The position numbers were made by a program, and so were the translations under genes. The notes under the pieces are model-generated. The model searched no databases and had not been told where the DNA came from. It worked only from the letters and a program-made list of their open reading frames with translations. A stretch of 64,000 bases of DNA from Alphaproteobacteria bacterium (GTDB lineage: Bacteria; Pseudomonadota; Alphaproteobacteria; JBKEAR01), in the NCBI GenBank assembly GCA_047972425.1, contig JBKEAR010000039.1, forward strand, positions 20,127-84,126, written 5' to 3'. Shown here piece after piece: positions 1 to 10,868 of this stretch. The stretch's first letter is position 1, and each line of letters opens with the position of its first letter.

Positions 1-14
1 TAGGAGTTAAATTG

Positions 15-1295
15 ATGAATATCGTTAAAAGTAAACTTTACATTCCTGCAATAGCAATAGGAATAATCGGATCGCTTAATGCATTTGCCGATGAAGTCAA
101 TAGTGGTGATACTGCTTGGATTTTAACAGCAACAGCCTTGGTTCTTATGATGACAATCCCTGGGCTTGCCATGTTTTATGGTGGTATGGTGCGCCGAAAA
201 AATATTTTAGCAACAGCTGGGCAATCTTTTGCAACCGCTATTGTTATCTCTTTGGTATGGGTTGTCATTGGCTATAGTTTAGCAGCAGGTGAAGGCAATG
301 CCTATATTGGTGACCTTTCGATGGTATTTTTAAACCATGTAACGCTTGATAGTGTTAACGGAAGCTTGCCCGAAAGCCTATTTATTACCTTTCAAATGAC
401 ATTTGCTATTATTACAGCAGCAATTATTACCGGTGCCTTTGCCGATAGAATGAAATTTTCGAGTTTTTTACTCTTTATTACCGCTTGGTCTATCTTAGTA
501 TATAGTCCAATTTGGCACTGGGTATGGGGTGGCGGATTTTTAAGCAGCGATGGCGTGTTAGATTATGCTGGCGGTACGGTTGTTCATATATCAGCGGGTG
601 TTTCAGGTTTAGTTGCTGCCCTTATTATTGGCCCACGTTATCGCTTTGGTCAAGCCAATATGGCACCATCTAACTTAACATATACAATCTTAGGTGGTTC
701 ACTTTTATGGGTTGGTTGGTTTGGCTTTAATGCGGGCTCGGCAGTTGCTGCTAATGGCTCGGCGGGTATGGCTATATTAGTTACACAAATTGCCGCTGCT
801 GCCGGTGGTTTAGCGTGGACAGCAAGTGAATGGCTCATTCATAAAAAACCATCAATTTTAGGTATGGTTTCAGGTGCGATTGCTGGTTTAGTTGGTATTA
901 CACCGGGCTCGGGATTTGTTGACCCAATGGGGGCTATATTCATTGGTTTAATTACCGGTGTTGCATGTTTCTTTGGTGCAACCACATTAAAAAATACCCT
1001 TAAATATGATGATAGCTTAGATGCCTTTGGTATACATGGTATTGGTGGGCTTGTCGGTGCTGTTTTAACAGGCGTATTTGCTAAAGAAGCCATTGGCGGA
1101 ACAAAAGGTGCGTTAGAAGGTAACTTAATGCAAGTTTGGATACAAATAGAAGGTGTTATAGCCACCATCGTTATTTCGATTATCGGTACAGCTATTATTT
1201 TATTTGCCATTAAAGCCCTTATTGGGTTGCGTGTTACCCAAGAAGAAGAAGTTGAAGGCCTTGATAAAGCTATTCATGGCGAGGCTATTCACTAA
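15..1295 (+). CDS. amtB: Ammonium transporter AmtB (Amt/MEP/Rh family), with N-terminal signal peptide
   Basis: 427-aa ORF; cleavable signal (..SLNAFA/DEV); about 11 TM segments. Amt signatures present (GGxxxR, paired His, C-terminal GLR..EEE tail). AGGAG 7 nt upstream of ATG at 15; the track start at 12 is a TTG. Confidence 0.9.
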   Translation: MNIVKSKLYIPAIAIGIIGSLNAFADEVNSGDTAWILTATALVLMMTIPGLAMFYGGMVRRKNILATAGQSFATAIVISLVWVVIGYSLAAGEGNAYIGDLSMVFLNHVTLDSVNGSLPESLFITFQMTFAIITAAIITGAFADRMKFSSFLLFITAWSILVYSPIWHWVWGGGFLSSDGVLDYAGGTVVHISAGVSGLVAALIIGPRYRFGQANMAPSNLTYTILGGSLLWVGWFGFNAGSAVAANGSAGMAILVTQIAAAAGGLAWTASEWLIHKKPSILGMVSGAIAGLVGITPGSGFVDPMGAIFIGLITGVACFFGATTLKNTLKYDDSLDAFGIHGIGGLVGAVLTGVFAKEAIGGTKGALEGNLMQVWIQIEGVIATIVISIIGTAIILFAIKALIGLRVTQEEEVEGLDKAIHGEAIH

Positions 1296-1331
1296 ACCTA
1301 TTGCCCTCCCTTATAAATGAAGTAAACTTAA

Positions 1332-1362
1332 ATTGCGCAAATATATTTTGCGCAATTTTTTT
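1332..1362 (+). terminator. Rho-independent terminator after amtB
   Basis: Perfect 10-bp inverted repeat ATTGCGCAAA-tatat-TTTGCGCAAT followed by a T7 run. Confidence 0.5.
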
Positions 1363-1510
1363 ATAATATATGTTTCTATGCAAAAGTTTATTGAAACAAA
1401 TTCCCCATTTATGCAAGCTTGCCGTTTTGTTTCTTTTATTGCAATTATGGACAAAAACGATTAAAACTATATATCGATATAGAGATAATAAAAATAATAA
1501 TAGGCATAGA

Positions 1511-3481
1511 ATGGCAGAGAATTTAGAAAATAATTATTCGGCAAAAAATATTACATTACTCGAGGGGCTAGAGGCTGTTCGGCATCGGCCGGGCATGTAT
1601 ATTGGGGGTACCGATAGCCGTGCGTTGCACCATATGGTTGCCGAAATTTTGGATAACGCAATGGATGAAGCCGTTGAAGGCTATGCAACCCGTATAGAGC
1701 TTGAATTACATGAGGATTACTCGGTAACGATACGTGATAATGGCCGGGGTATTCCGGTGGATCCCCACCCTTCGGATCCGACAAAATCGGCATTAGAAAT
1801 TATTTTCACTAATCTGCACTCTGGTGGTAAATTTAATAACGATAATTACCAAACATCGGGTGGGTTAAACGGTGTGGGAACATCGGTTGTTAACGCACTT
1901 TCGGATAAAGTTGTGGTCGAGGTTGCCCGCGAGCAACAATTGTTTCGCCAAGAATATCAAAAGGGTCGCCCATCAGGACCGTTAGAAACTGTTGGTGAGG
2001 TTAGAAATCGCCGTGGAACCACCATTACTTTTCACCCCGATGGTGATATTTTTGGTGCAACCAATAAATTTAAGCCTTATCGTTTGTATGAGATGGCACG
2101 TTCTCGGGCAAGCTTGTTTAAAGGTGTGGAAATCCGTTGGAAATGTGCCGAAAATCTTTTAACAAGTGACGATAAAACGCCCCAAGAGGCAACATTACAT
2201 TTTCCCGGTGGTTTGGTGGATTATTTGCAGTTTCATTTGAATGGTCGCCCAACTATGACCAATACGGCTTTTTCGGGCGAGGCAAAATTCCCGAATGGTG
2301 AGGGCAAAGCGGAATGGGCAATTGCTTGGACAAACACCAATGATTTATCCATAAACACATGGTGTAATACTATCCCTACTCCCCTTGGTGGAACCCACGA
2401 GGCCGGTATGCGCACCGCACTTACAAAAGGCTTGCGTAATTGGGGAGAGCTAACCAATAATCGGGGGGCATCTAAAATAACAGCCGATGATGTTTTGGCG
2501 GGTGGGCATATTATGCTCTCTATCTTTTTAAAAGAACCCCAATTTCAGGGGCAAACCAAAGAAAAACTCACTTTAGTTTCTGCCCAACGCATGGTTGAAA
2601 ATGCCATTAGAGATCGGTTTGACTTATGGCTTTCAAGCGCACCGGAGCAAGCCAATATTTTGTTAGATGCTGCCATTGACCATGCCGATAGCCGCCTTAA
2701 ACGCCGTGAGAAAAAGAAAACAACAAGGCAAACAGCCACACAAAGGCTTCGCCTGCCCGGTAAATTAACCGATTGCGCCCGTACTATTGCCCAAGGGACA
2801 GAAATGTTTATTGTAGAAGGTGACTCGGCTGGTGGTTCCGCCAAACAAGCGCGTGATCGTAAAACACAGGCGATATTGCCTATTCGGGGTAAAATCCTCA
2901 ATGTGGCATCGGCATCGTTAGATAAAATAAAAGCCAACCAAGAAATTAAAGATATTTCTGAGGCTATTGGTTGCGGTATGGGTAAGGATTTTAATATTGA
3001 TGATATTCGTTATGAACGTGTTATCATTATGACCGATGCGGACGTAGATGGCGCCCATATCGCCTCTCTTTTGATGACGTTTTTCTTTAGATTAATGCCC
3101 GAGCTTGTTAAAACAGGCCATCTATATTTGGCAATGCCACCATTATATCGCATTGTTCAGGGTACAAAATCGATGTATGCCATGGATGATATTCATAGAG
3201 AAGAGCTTTTAAAAACGGAGTTTACCGGCCGCGGAAAAATTGATGTTAGCCGGTTTAAAGGTTTGGGCGAAATGCCCCCTGCTCAGCTTAAAGAAACAAC
3301 AATGAACCCCGACAGTCGGACATTGTTAAGGGTAACTTTGCCTGATGCCTTAGATGATTTTTCGGTAGAAGAATATAAAGAGACTGAAAATATCGTTGAA
3401 ACATTAATGGGTAAAAAACCTGAGGGGCGTTTTAATTTTATTCAAGAAAATGCCGAATTTATCACCGATATTGATATTTAG
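1511..3481 (+). CDS. parE: DNA topoisomerase IV subunit B (ParE)
   Basis: GHKL ATPase plus TOPRIM motifs (LEGLEAVRHRPGMYIGG, EGDSAGG, PLRGKILN). About 656 aa without the GyrB insert; a ParC-sized partner is elsewhere in the window. Start moved to ATG 1511 (MAENLEN..); the 47-aa upstream extension in the track has no homology. Confidence 0.8.
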   Translation: MAENLENNYSAKNITLLEGLEAVRHRPGMYIGGTDSRALHHMVAEILDNAMDEAVEGYATRIELELHEDYSVTIRDNGRGIPVDPHPSDPTKSALEIIFTNLHSGGKFNNDNYQTSGGLNGVGTSVVNALSDKVVVEVAREQQLFRQEYQKGRPSGPLETVGEVRNRRGTTITFHPDGDIFGATNKFKPYRLYEMARSRASLFKGVEIRWKCAENLLTSDDKTPQEATLHFPGGLVDYLQFHLNGRPTMTNTAFSGEAKFPNGEGKAEWAIAWTNTNDLSINTWCNTIPTPLGGTHEAGMRTALTKGLRNWGELTNNRGASKITADDVLAGGHIMLSIFLKEPQFQGQTKEKLTLVSAQRMVENAIRDRFDLWLSSAPEQANILLDAAIDHADSRLKRREKKKTTRQTATQRLRLPGKLTDCARTIAQGTEMFIVEGDSAGGSAKQARDRKTQAILPIRGKILNVASASLDKIKANQEIKDISEAIGCGMGKDFNIDDIRYERVIIMTDADVDGAHIASLLMTFFFRLMPELVKTGHLYLAMPPLYRIVQGTKSMYAMDDIHREELLKTEFTGRGKIDVSRFKGLGEMPPAQLKETTMNPDSRTLLRVTLPDALDDFSVEEYKETENIVETLMGKKPEGRFNFIQENAEFITDIDI

Positions 3482-3507
3482 ATTTTAATAAATAATAGGT
3501 AACATCA

Positions 3508-5685
3508 ATGCAAGATAATGAAAATGCCGTGGATTTAAGCCATGCAAAAACGATTAGTGGAAAAATTTTAGAGCTTGCACGCCCTTATTGGTTTACTAAG
3601 ACCATAACACCTTTTAAAGTTTTTTGGATTTATATATTATTATTAGCTATCATTGTTTTAAGTTTAGAGATACCAACGGCATTAATTGTAAAACGCGATA
3701 CTATTATTGCTATGCTGGGTTTAGATGGCCAAATGGGTTGGGTGAAAAATTGGCAGAGTATCTCGTTTGAGCAGAATTTTCGGTGGATATTATTAGCTAT
3801 TACCCCCGATAAATATGATCATATTATTCCAACAAAATTGGTTTTTACCGAATTTTATATTCAATCTATTTGGTTTATGACTGTTTTTTCAATATGTTAT
3901 ATTGTTTATAAACTACGAAACAAAAGACTAACAACACAAAGACGCGCGGCATTTTTGCTTTTGTTTAATGTTTTTACGACAATATATTCGGTAAAAATTT
4001 TGGTATTCTTAGCCAATTGGTATCGCCTATTTTATAATGCATTACAAGGTCGAGACGAAAATATGTTTTGGCAGTTGATTACCTTGGTAACGCCATTTTT
4101 GTTCTTATATATCTCGGTACTTGTTATACAACTTTATTACCGCCTATATTTACAAGTGGATTGGCGGCGTTTTATGACCGAGGCTTTTGATCGCCGTTGG
4201 TTAAATAAAAGTGTATATTATCAAACCGAAGTTCATGATCATCGTAGTGATAACCCTGACCAACGGATATCAGAGGATATAGATCGCTTTACATCAAGCT
4301 CGCTCGATTTAAGCTTGGGTTTATTCAAAGCGATTTATACATTATTTGCCTTTTTATTCTTACTGTGGAACTTTACCCCAGACGGCGTTGTTGGTTATTG
4401 GTCGGCCTATAAATTATCCATGCCAGAAATTGCAATTTTATTTGATGGCCAAAATTTTGTGGAACCCCATAATATTAGCATGGCATTCTTCCGTTGGCTA
4501 TCGGTAGAAAATATCATTGGCCCTTTTATGGTAATGGTGGCTTTTGTTTATGCTATTTTGGGTACGATTGTTGCCCATTTAATTGCGCGCCCGCTCATTC
4601 GCCTATTCTTCCAACAACAGCATTACGAGGCCGATTTCCGTTATTCTCTTATTCGTATTCGGGAAAATGCCGAGGGTATCGCTCTTTATCGGGGGGAAAA
4701 ATTAGAGCGTAAAGAGCTCGATTTACGTTTTGGTCGTATTTGGTATAATTATTGGCAGTTGGTAAAATATCAAAAGCGTTTGTTGGCTTATCGCAGCTTT
4801 TATGGCCAATTGGCGGTGTTATTCCCATTTGTTGTCGCATCACCCATTTACTTTCCTTATGTTATCTCCTTTGGCGCCATATTTATTTTAATTAACGCCT
4901 TTGGTGAAATACGGGATTCATTTAGTTGGTTTATCGATAATTACCAAGTGCTTGCTAGTTGGCGGTCAGTTGTTGATCGTTTGCTTACTTTTGAAGATGC
5001 CATGACAAAAGGTGAAAATTTGTTAGCAAATAATCAATTGAAACTCGATGAAGGTTATGAAAAAATAGAGTTCATCAATTTGAATGTAATGTTAGATGAT
5101 GGTAGCTATTTATTTAAAGCCAAGGATATTGCAATTAATCCGGGCGAAAAAGTGTTGGTCACAGGGCCATCGGGAGCGGGTAAATCCACACTTATACGCA
5201 CTATTGCAGGTATTTGGCCTTATGCATCGGGTACAATTAATCGCCCTGCTCAAAGTGAAACATTATTTGTGCCGCAAAAATTATATTTGCCTTTGGGTAC
5301 ATTAAAAAATGCCCTATGTTATCCAATGGATGCCGAAAATTTTGATGATGATTATATCAAAGATTTGCTCCAAAAAGTAAATTTAGGCCATATTACAAAT
5401 GAGCTTAATAATAGCGATAATTGGTTGCACCGGCTATCGCCCGGTGAGCAACAACGCTTAGCTGCCGTTCGGATTGTTTTAAACAAACCCAAATGGCTAT
5501 TTTTAGATGAAGCAACATCGGCATTAGATGAAGGTTTAGAATATACAATCTATTCTTTAATCACATCGGAGCTGAAAGAAAGTACGATTATTTCGGTAGC
5601 CCATAAATCATCGGTGCGTCATTTTCATCAGATTGAGCTAAAGATTAATACAGAAACAAAAACTTTAGAGAAAATGAATATCTAA
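3508..5685 (+). CDS. Fused permease/ATPase ABC transporter, SbmA/BacA-like (ABCD-type half transporter)
   Basis: N-terminal roughly 480-aa polytopic domain plus C-terminal NBD: Walker A GPSGAGKST, signature LSPGEQQRLA, Walker B LFLDEATSALD. Confidence 0.6.
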   Translation: MQDNENAVDLSHAKTISGKILELARPYWFTKTITPFKVFWIYILLLAIIVLSLEIPTALIVKRDTIIAMLGLDGQMGWVKNWQSISFEQNFRWILLAITPDKYDHIIPTKLVFTEFYIQSIWFMTVFSICYIVYKLRNKRLTTQRRAAFLLLFNVFTTIYSVKILVFLANWYRLFYNALQGRDENMFWQLITLVTPFLFLYISVLVIQLYYRLYLQVDWRRFMTEAFDRRWLNKSVYYQTEVHDHRSDNPDQRISEDIDRFTSSSLDLSLGLFKAIYTLFAFLFLLWNFTPDGVVGYWSAYKLSMPEIAILFDGQNFVEPHNISMAFFRWLSVENIIGPFMVMVAFVYAILGTIVAHLIARPLIRLFFQQQHYEADFRYSLIRIRENAEGIALYRGEKLERKELDLRFGRIWYNYWQLVKYQKRLLAYRSFYGQLAVLFPFVVASPIYFPYVISFGAIFILINAFGEIRDSFSWFIDNYQVLASWRSVVDRLLTFEDAMTKGENLLANNQLKLDEGYEKIEFINLNVMLDDGSYLFKAKDIAINPGEKVLVTGPSGAGKSTLIRTIAGIWPYASGTINRPAQSETLFVPQKLYLPLGTLKNALCYPMDAENFDDDYIKDLLQKVNLGHITNELNNSDNWLHRLSPGEQQRLAAVRIVLNKPKWLFLDEATSALDEGLEYTIYSLITSELKESTIISVAHKSSVRHFHQIELKINTETKTLEKMNI

Positions 5686-5762
5686 ACTTACGGATAAAAG
5701 CAGTAATGGCCAGTAATTTTATATTTAAATAAGATATCATTGGCTTTAGAGCCAAAGTCTAT

Positions 5763-5960
5763 TTAATTATCCCGTTCATCAAGCCAAGCCATTTGGATGG
5801 CTTCTAAAATTTTTTCGTTACTATTTTCTGGCTCATCATTAAAATCATCAAGCTCACATATCATCTGGTGTAGCTCGGTAAAACGCAGCGATAAAATTTC
5901 GGTATCCGGAAATTTGTCATCGAGTTCAATTGCAATATCTAAAATATCAGTCCACTTCAT
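5763..5960 (-). CDS. iscX: Fe-S assembly protein IscX (YfhJ)
   Basis: 65-aa acidic protein MKWTDILDIAIELDD..FTELHQMICELDDF. AAGGAG RBS 6 nt upstream of ATG at 5960. Last gene of the ISC operon. The upstream part of the track ORF (99 aa) is discarded. Confidence 0.7.
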   Translation of the reverse strand: MKWTDILDIAIELDDKFPDTEILSLRFTELHQMICELDDFNDEPENSNEKILEAIQMAWLDERDN

Positions 5961-5971
5961 GATTATGCTCC

Positions 5972-6313
5972 TTAATGATGCCCACCAGAGATAACATTGC
6001 GTGTTTTTTCGGGTACACGTACTTCTATGCCGTCTAATTCTTCGGTCATCACCACTTGGCAACCTAAGCGCGATGTACGGGTTAAACCAAATGCCAAATC
6101 AAGCAAATCTTCTTCATCTTCCGATGGTTCATCTAATTTTTTATACCATGATGGCTCCACAATAAGATGGCAAGTTGAACAAGCCAGTGAGCCTTCACAT
6201 GCGCCCTCTAAGGGGATATGATTTTGATGGGCGGCCTCTAATAAATTATCGCCAATAGCAACTTCAACTTCTTTTCGGCTATCATCGGCAAAAACAAAAA
6301 CGACTTTAGGCAT
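5972..6313 (-). CDS. fdx: [2Fe-2S] ferredoxin, ISC-type (Fdx)
   Basis: 113 aa with the CxxxxxCxxC...C adrenodoxin-type motif ([18 protein letters not shown]). AAGGA RBS. Sits between hscA and iscX. Confidence 0.85.
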   Translation of the reverse strand: MPKVVFVFADDSRKEVEVAIGDNLLEAAHQNHIPLEGACEGSLACSTCHLIVEPSWYKKLDEPSEDEEDLLDLAFGLTRTSRLGCQVVMTEELDGIEVRVPEKTRNVISGGHH

Positions 6314-6339
6314 ATAATTTTTCCTTAAACAGAATATTT

Positions 6340-8217
6340 TTAGTTAATATTATCAATATTTTCGCCCCTTAATGCAGAGCGTATTGTATTATCCATGCGG
6401 CGTTCCGCAAAAAATTTGGTTTGTTCTTCAGCTTTTTCTAAAGCATCTTCAATAGCATCACGGTCATTCCCTTGGCTAGCAATCGCTAGGTTTTGTACAA
6501 CCGTATCCATTTTTTGGCGTTCTTCAGCCGATAACATATTACCATCTACCGAAATAGCCGTATGTATCGCATTAATCACCCGCTCAGCTTCAACACGGCT
6601 TTCGGTCAAAATACGCCATTTCATATCGTCCTGAGCATTTTGTAAGGAAGATTTGAGCATTTGTGTCACTTCTTCTTCCGATAAACCCCAACTTGGTTTT
6701 ACATCAATATGTTGCTCTACACCCGTTGTTTCCTCTTTGGCAAAAACACTTAATAAACCATCGGCATCGACCGAATATGTCACTTGTATCCGTGCGGCAC
6801 CAGCAACCATTGGGGGGATACCGCGTAAAACAAATTGCGCTAAAGAACGGTTTTCGCTCACCATTTCGCGTTCACCTTGCAATACATGGATCATCATAGC
6901 GGTTTGGCCATCTTGAAAAGTTGTAAAATTTTGCGCTTTGGCTACAGGTATTGGTGTATTGCGATGAATAAGCTTTTCGACCATTCCACCCATCGTTTCT
7001 ACACCTAATGATAATGGCAACACATCTAATAACAACATATCAGAGCCTTTGGTTAAACCATGGGCTTGTTGGGCTGCACCAGCTGCCACAACAATATCTG
7101 GGTCAATATCTACCAAAACCGGTGCATTAAATAATGCCCCAACCATTTGGCGCACAAGCTCTTGCCTTGTAGAGCCACCAACCATGACTACACCTTGGAT
7201 ATCATTTTCATCAAGATTGGCATCGGCCAAAACACTGGTACAAATTTTAAGAGTTTTTTCGATGATATTTTTTGAAGCATTATCGACCTGCTCTTTGGTT
7301 AATTTATGTGTTGTTTCAACAGCATTCGGGTCAATTTTCCATTCCCCTATCTCGTGATGAGTGAGGTATTCTTTGGCTTCTTTTGCACATAATTGCGCTT
7401 GGCGAATATCGGTTTTATTAAGCTTTTCATCACCAATTTGTTTTTGCCTATCAGCTAAGATAAGTGCTGCAATTGCATTATCAATATCATCTCCGCCAAG
7501 GGCCGTATTTCCACCGGTTGCTAATACTTGGAAGATACCTTTCTCGAGCCGTAGGATAGAAATATCAAAAGTACCGCCACCAAAGTCGTAAATGGCATAG
7601 ATACCTTCGCTCCCTTTATCGAGCCCATAAGCTAAAGCGGCTGCTGTTGGCTCGTTAACAAGGCGCAAGACATCTAACCCAGCTAAACGGGCGGCATCGC
7701 GGGTGGCTGTTCGGGCAGCGTCATCAAAATAAGCCGGAACCGTAATAACAGCTCGATGAATTTTTTGCTCTAAATGTTCTTCGGCACGTTGTTTAAGCTC
7801 TTTTAAAATATCGGCAGAGACCTGAACCGGAGATAGTAACTTTGTCCCCACATCAATACGTATATCATTATCTTGTATCATCAGTTTTAGCGGCATTGTT
7901 TCTAATACTTTATCACCAGCACCCCGCCCCATTAAGCGTTTAACCGAGCTAACTACAGCATCGGGCTGGCGTAATAAAAGCTGGCTGGCTAACCACCCAA
8001 CAATCGGTTGCCCTTTTGGGGGATAAGCAACGACTGAAGGAATTAAATTGGAGCCACTATTTTCATCAGGAACTATTTGCGCTTTGCCTTCATCATCAAT
8101 CCATGCCACAACCGAATTTGTTGTGCCTAAATCGATACCAATCGCAATATCATCTAAAATTTCTTCATGGGGGTCGGGTGTTTGCCCGGGTTCAAATATT
8201 TGTAATAATTCTGCCAT
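6340..8217 (-). CDS. hscA: Fe-S cluster chaperone HscA (Hsp70 family)
   Basis: 625 aa; Hsp70 signatures ([18 protein letters not shown]); C-terminal lid; located in the isc operon. Confidence 0.9.
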   Translation of the reverse strand: MAELLQIFEPGQTPDPHEEILDDIAIGIDLGTTNSVVAWIDDEGKAQIVPDENSGSNLIPSVVAYPPKGQPIVGWLASQLLLRQPDAVVSSVKRLMGRGAGDKVLETMPLKLMIQDNDIRIDVGTKLLSPVQVSADILKELKQRAEEHLEQKIHRAVITVPAYFDDAARTATRDAARLAGLDVLRLVNEPTAAALAYGLDKGSEGIYAIYDFGGGTFDISILRLEKGIFQVLATGGNTALGGDDIDNAIAALILADRQKQIGDEKLNKTDIRQAQLCAKEAKEYLTHHEIGEWKIDPNAVETTHKLTKEQVDNASKNIIEKTLKICTSVLADANLDENDIQGVVMVGGSTRQELVRQMVGALFNAPVLVDIDPDIVVAAGAAQQAHGLTKGSDMLLLDVLPLSLGVETMGGMVEKLIHRNTPIPVAKAQNFTTFQDGQTAMMIHVLQGEREMVSENRSLAQFVLRGIPPMVAGAARIQVTYSVDADGLLSVFAKEETTGVEQHIDVKPSWGLSEEEVTQMLKSSLQNAQDDMKWRILTESRVEAERVINAIHTAISVDGNMLSAEERQKMDTVVQNLAIASQGNDRDAIEDALEKAEEQTKFFAERRMDNTIRSALRGENIDNIN

Positions 8218-8229
8218 ATATCAATCTCG

Positions 8230-8865
8230 TTATAAAGGAAAAGCCATGGGTGTTGCCATGTTCCCCCCTTTTACCTTTGCTATTTTTTCTTTGATTTCTT
8301 GCATAAATCGCCGTTCATACTGAAAGCTTAATATTTCATTTTCTAACGCTGCAATATTTTTTTCGTTATAAAATTTTGAAATATTATTAACGACTTCATC
8401 TTGTTTTTTTTGATTTTTTTGGAGCATCTCATTTAAAGCAGCCTCATCCTTTGCTTGGCCTAATGCCTCGCGCATCATCATAGAAGCCATAAGAATTTGC
8501 GGATTAACGTTTTTTCGGGTTTCGTCCTTATAAGATTCTCCCCCCAAAACAACACATAGATAATCGGCGCGATCTAAAGGTGATTTTAGTAAATTATAGG
8601 CATCATTTACCGCCATTGCTTGTTGAGATGCATACATTTTTTCTTTTGATGTTTTGGTTGCAAAACGATCGGGGTGGAGCAATTTTTGGCGTTCAAAATA
8701 TTGATGATCTAATAATTTAGGGTCAATGATAAAAGCTTCACTTATACCCATTATCTCAAATGGATTAAGCCCAACTAGTGGCTGGACAATATGGCAAGCA
8801 TCGCAAAAAAATGATGCTGGAGCTGTTTGGCTATGGCAGCTCCAACAAATAGCGGTGTTAGACAT
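8230..8865 (-). CDS. hscB: Co-chaperone HscB (J-domain) with N-terminal Cys4 zinc-finger
   Basis: J-domain with HPD (LLHPDRF); N-terminal CWSC...CDAC. Start placed at ATG 8865 (MSNTAICWSC), 3 nt after the iscA stop. The track start at 8919 would overlap iscA by 61 nt. Confidence 0.75.
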   Translation of the reverse strand: MSNTAICWSCHSQTAPASFFCDACHIVQPLVGLNPFEIMGISEAFIIDPKLLDHQYFERQKLLHPDRFATKTSKEKMYASQQAMAVNDAYNLLKSPLDRADYLCVVLGGESYKDETRKNVNPQILMASMMMREALGQAKDEAALNEMLQKNQKKQDEVVNNISKFYNEKNIAALENEILSFQYERRFMQEIKEKIAKVKGGNMATPMAFPL

Positions 8866-9193
8866 GGAAGCTTTCCCCGCAACCACATCTTCCTTTTTCA
8901 TTGGGGTTTTCAAATACAAAGCCCGAGGCTAATTTTTCGGCTTTGTAGTCCATCTCTGTACCAATAACAAACATAATCGCTTTCGGGTCAATAAATACGG
9001 TAACCCCTTTATCGGTAACAACTTCGTCATATTCACCTTGGTCATCGGCATATTCTAATGTATAGCTCATGCCCGAGCATCCGCGAGTTTTAACACCCAC
9101 ACGAATACCAGCAGACTCTTTACCGCGTGCTGCTAATAAGGCCTGAATTTGCTCGGCAGCTGCATTGGATACGGATATGATTGGTTCGGCCAT
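8858..9193 (-). CDS. iscA: Fe-S cluster assembly A-type carrier IscA
   Basis: 111 aa; conserved C..(60 aa)..CGCGESF motif. Confidence 0.85.
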   Translation of the reverse strand: MAEPIISVSNAAAEQIQALLAARGKESAGIRVGVKTRGCSGMSYTLEYADDQGEYDEVVTDKGVTVFIDPKAIMFVIGTEMDYKAEKLASGFVFENPNEKGRCGCGESFHV

Positions 9194-9211
9194 TTTTCCC
9201 CCAAATTGACT

Positions 9212-9595
9212 TTATTTTACTTTTTTCTCTTTATAATTAGAAATTGCAGCTTTAATTGCATCTTCGGCTAAAATAGAACAATGAACTTTTACGGGCGGTA
9301 ATGCAAGCTCTTTAGCAATATCGGTATTTTTAATTTCACCGGCTTCGTTAAGGCTTTTGCCTTTTACCCACTCGGTGATAAGCGATGAAGATGCAATGGC
9401 AGAGCCACAGCCAAATGTTTTAAATTTTGCATCTTCAATAATACCATCTTCGCTCACTTGAATTTGCAAACGCATTACATCGCCACATGCCGGTGCACCA
9501 ACAAGCCCTGTGCCGATATTTTCGGCATTTTCATCCATAGATCCCACATTCCGTGGATTTTCGTAATGATCTAATAATTTTTCGCTATATGCCAT
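9212..9595 (-). CDS. iscU: Fe-S cluster scaffold IscU
   Basis: MAYSEKLLDHYENPRNVGS..GAPACGD..HCS..; AAAGGA RBS. Track ORF trimmed by 19 codons. Confidence 0.9.
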   Translation of the reverse strand: MAYSEKLLDHYENPRNVGSMDENAENIGTGLVGAPACGDVMRLQIQVSEDGIIEDAKFKTFGCGSAIASSSLITEWVKGKSLNEAGEIKNTDIAKELALPPVKVHCSILAEDAIKAAISNYKEKKVK

Positions 9596-9617
9596 TTCTT
9601 TATCCTTTCTATAACTC

Positions 9618-10835
9618 TTAATGATCTGCCCATTGAATTGTTGATAAATCAATGCCAGCTAAATGCATTTCCCAAAGGGGTGAAAGCTCGCGTAAGCGCT
9701 TAACTTCTTTGATTAAACAATCGCATGCATAATCAATTTCCTCTAATGTCGTCCAACGGCCAAAAGACATGCGTAAAGATGAATGCGCCATCTCATCCGA
9801 TACATCAAGTGCAGCCAATACATAAGAAGGCTCTAAACTGGCCGATGTACATGCCGAGCCTGAACTAACGGCAATATCTTTAATCGACATCATTAAACTT
9901 TCGCCCTCAATATAACCAAATGAAATATTTAAGCTATTGGGTAAACGATGCTCTAAAGAACCATTCACATGGATTTCATTAAGCTCTGCATTTAAGCGAT
10001 TAAGCATATGCTCTTGCAAAGCTTTTAGGCGTTTATGTTCAGCTTCCATTTCTTGGTTAGCAAGTTCGGCGGCTTTACCAAGCCCCACAATAAGCGGTGT
10101 GGGTAATGTGCCCGAGCGCATTCCGCGCTCTTGCCCGCCCCCATGGATTTGGGCCAAAATGCGTACCCGTGGGCGACGGCGAACATATAAGGCACCAACC
10201 CCTTTTGGGCCATAAATTTTATGGCCAGAAATTGACATTAAATCGATATTCATATCGTTGACATCAAGCGGAATTTTACCAAAAGCTTGGGCGGCATCGG
10301 TATGAAAGAAAATTCCGTTTTCTTTTGCAATAGCACCAATTTCTTTAATTGGTTGCAGAACACCAATCTCGTTATTTGCAGCCATAACCGATATCACTAA
10401 AGTATCATCGCTAATAGCATCTTTTAACACTTGCAAATCAAGTAAACCATCTTTTTGTACCGGAAGAAAAGTTACACGAAAACCTTCTTCTTCGAGTTGG
10501 CGGCATGTATCGATAATACATTTATGTTCTGTGGCAACAGTGATAATATGTTTTTTTTCGTCACCATAAAATTTAGCTAATCCTTTAAGTGCAAGATTAT
10601 TGCTCTCGGTTGCCCCCGATGTAAAAATAATCTCTTTTGATGAGGCACCAATAACATCCGCAACTTGCACACGTGCTTTTTCTACAGCTTCTTCGGCTTC
10701 CCAACCATAAGGGTGAGAGCGCGAATGCGGATTACCGAATTTTTCGAAAAAATACGGATACATTTCTTTAACAACACGTGGATCAGTTGGCGCAGTTGCT
10801 TGATAATCGAAATAAATTGGGGCTTTTTCTGCCAT
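9618..10835 (-). CDS. iscS: Cysteine desulfurase IscS
   Basis: 405 aa class-V aminotransferase; PLP Lys motif [12 protein letters not shown]; active-site SSGSACTS loop. Confidence 0.9.
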   Translation of the reverse strand: MAEKAPIYFDYQATAPTDPRVVKEMYPYFFEKFGNPHSRSHPYGWEAEEAVEKARVQVADVIGASSKEIIFTSGATESNNLALKGLAKFYGDEKKHIITVATEHKCIIDTCRQLEEEGFRVTFLPVQKDGLLDLQVLKDAISDDTLVISVMAANNEIGVLQPIKEIGAIAKENGIFFHTDAAQAFGKIPLDVNDMNIDLMSISGHKIYGPKGVGALYVRRRPRVRILAQIHGGGQERGMRSGTLPTPLIVGLGKAAELANQEMEAEHKRLKALQEHMLNRLNAELNEIHVNGSLEHRLPNSLNISFGYIEGESLMMSIKDIAVSSGSACTSASLEPSYVLAALDVSDEMAHSSLRMSFGRWTTLEEIDYACDCLIKEVKRLRELSPLWEMHLAGIDLSTIQWADH

Positions 10836-10868
10836 GTTAATCTTACCTTATATTTATTGGTTATTAAT

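Noticed and set aside
650-1210. Minus-strand ORFs (62 and 123 aa) inside amtB
   Set aside because: Antisense to a well-supported gene; Ala/Pro-rich composition typical of reverse-frame artefacts.
12-1295. Absence of glnK next to amtB
   Set aside because: amtB begins at the window edge, so an upstream glnK would lie outside the window and cannot be assessed.
1370-1510. 47-codon N-terminal extension of the parE ORF (MFLCKSLLKQ...)
   Set aside because: Leu/Lys-rich translation of an AT-rich intergenic region with no homology. The conserved ParE N-terminus begins at ATG 1511. The region more likely holds the amtB terminator and the parE promoter.
1511-3481. Calling the type II topoisomerase B subunit gyrB
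   Set aside because: At about 656 aa it lacks the roughly 170-aa GyrB insertion. The A-subunit homologue in the window (757 aa) is ParC-sized, so parE/parC is preferred. A sequence-level HMM comparison would settle it.
8866-8919. Upstream ATG start for hscB (61-nt overlap with iscA)
   Set aside because: No RBS. The eukaryote-like zinc-finger N-terminus aligns from the ATG at 8865.
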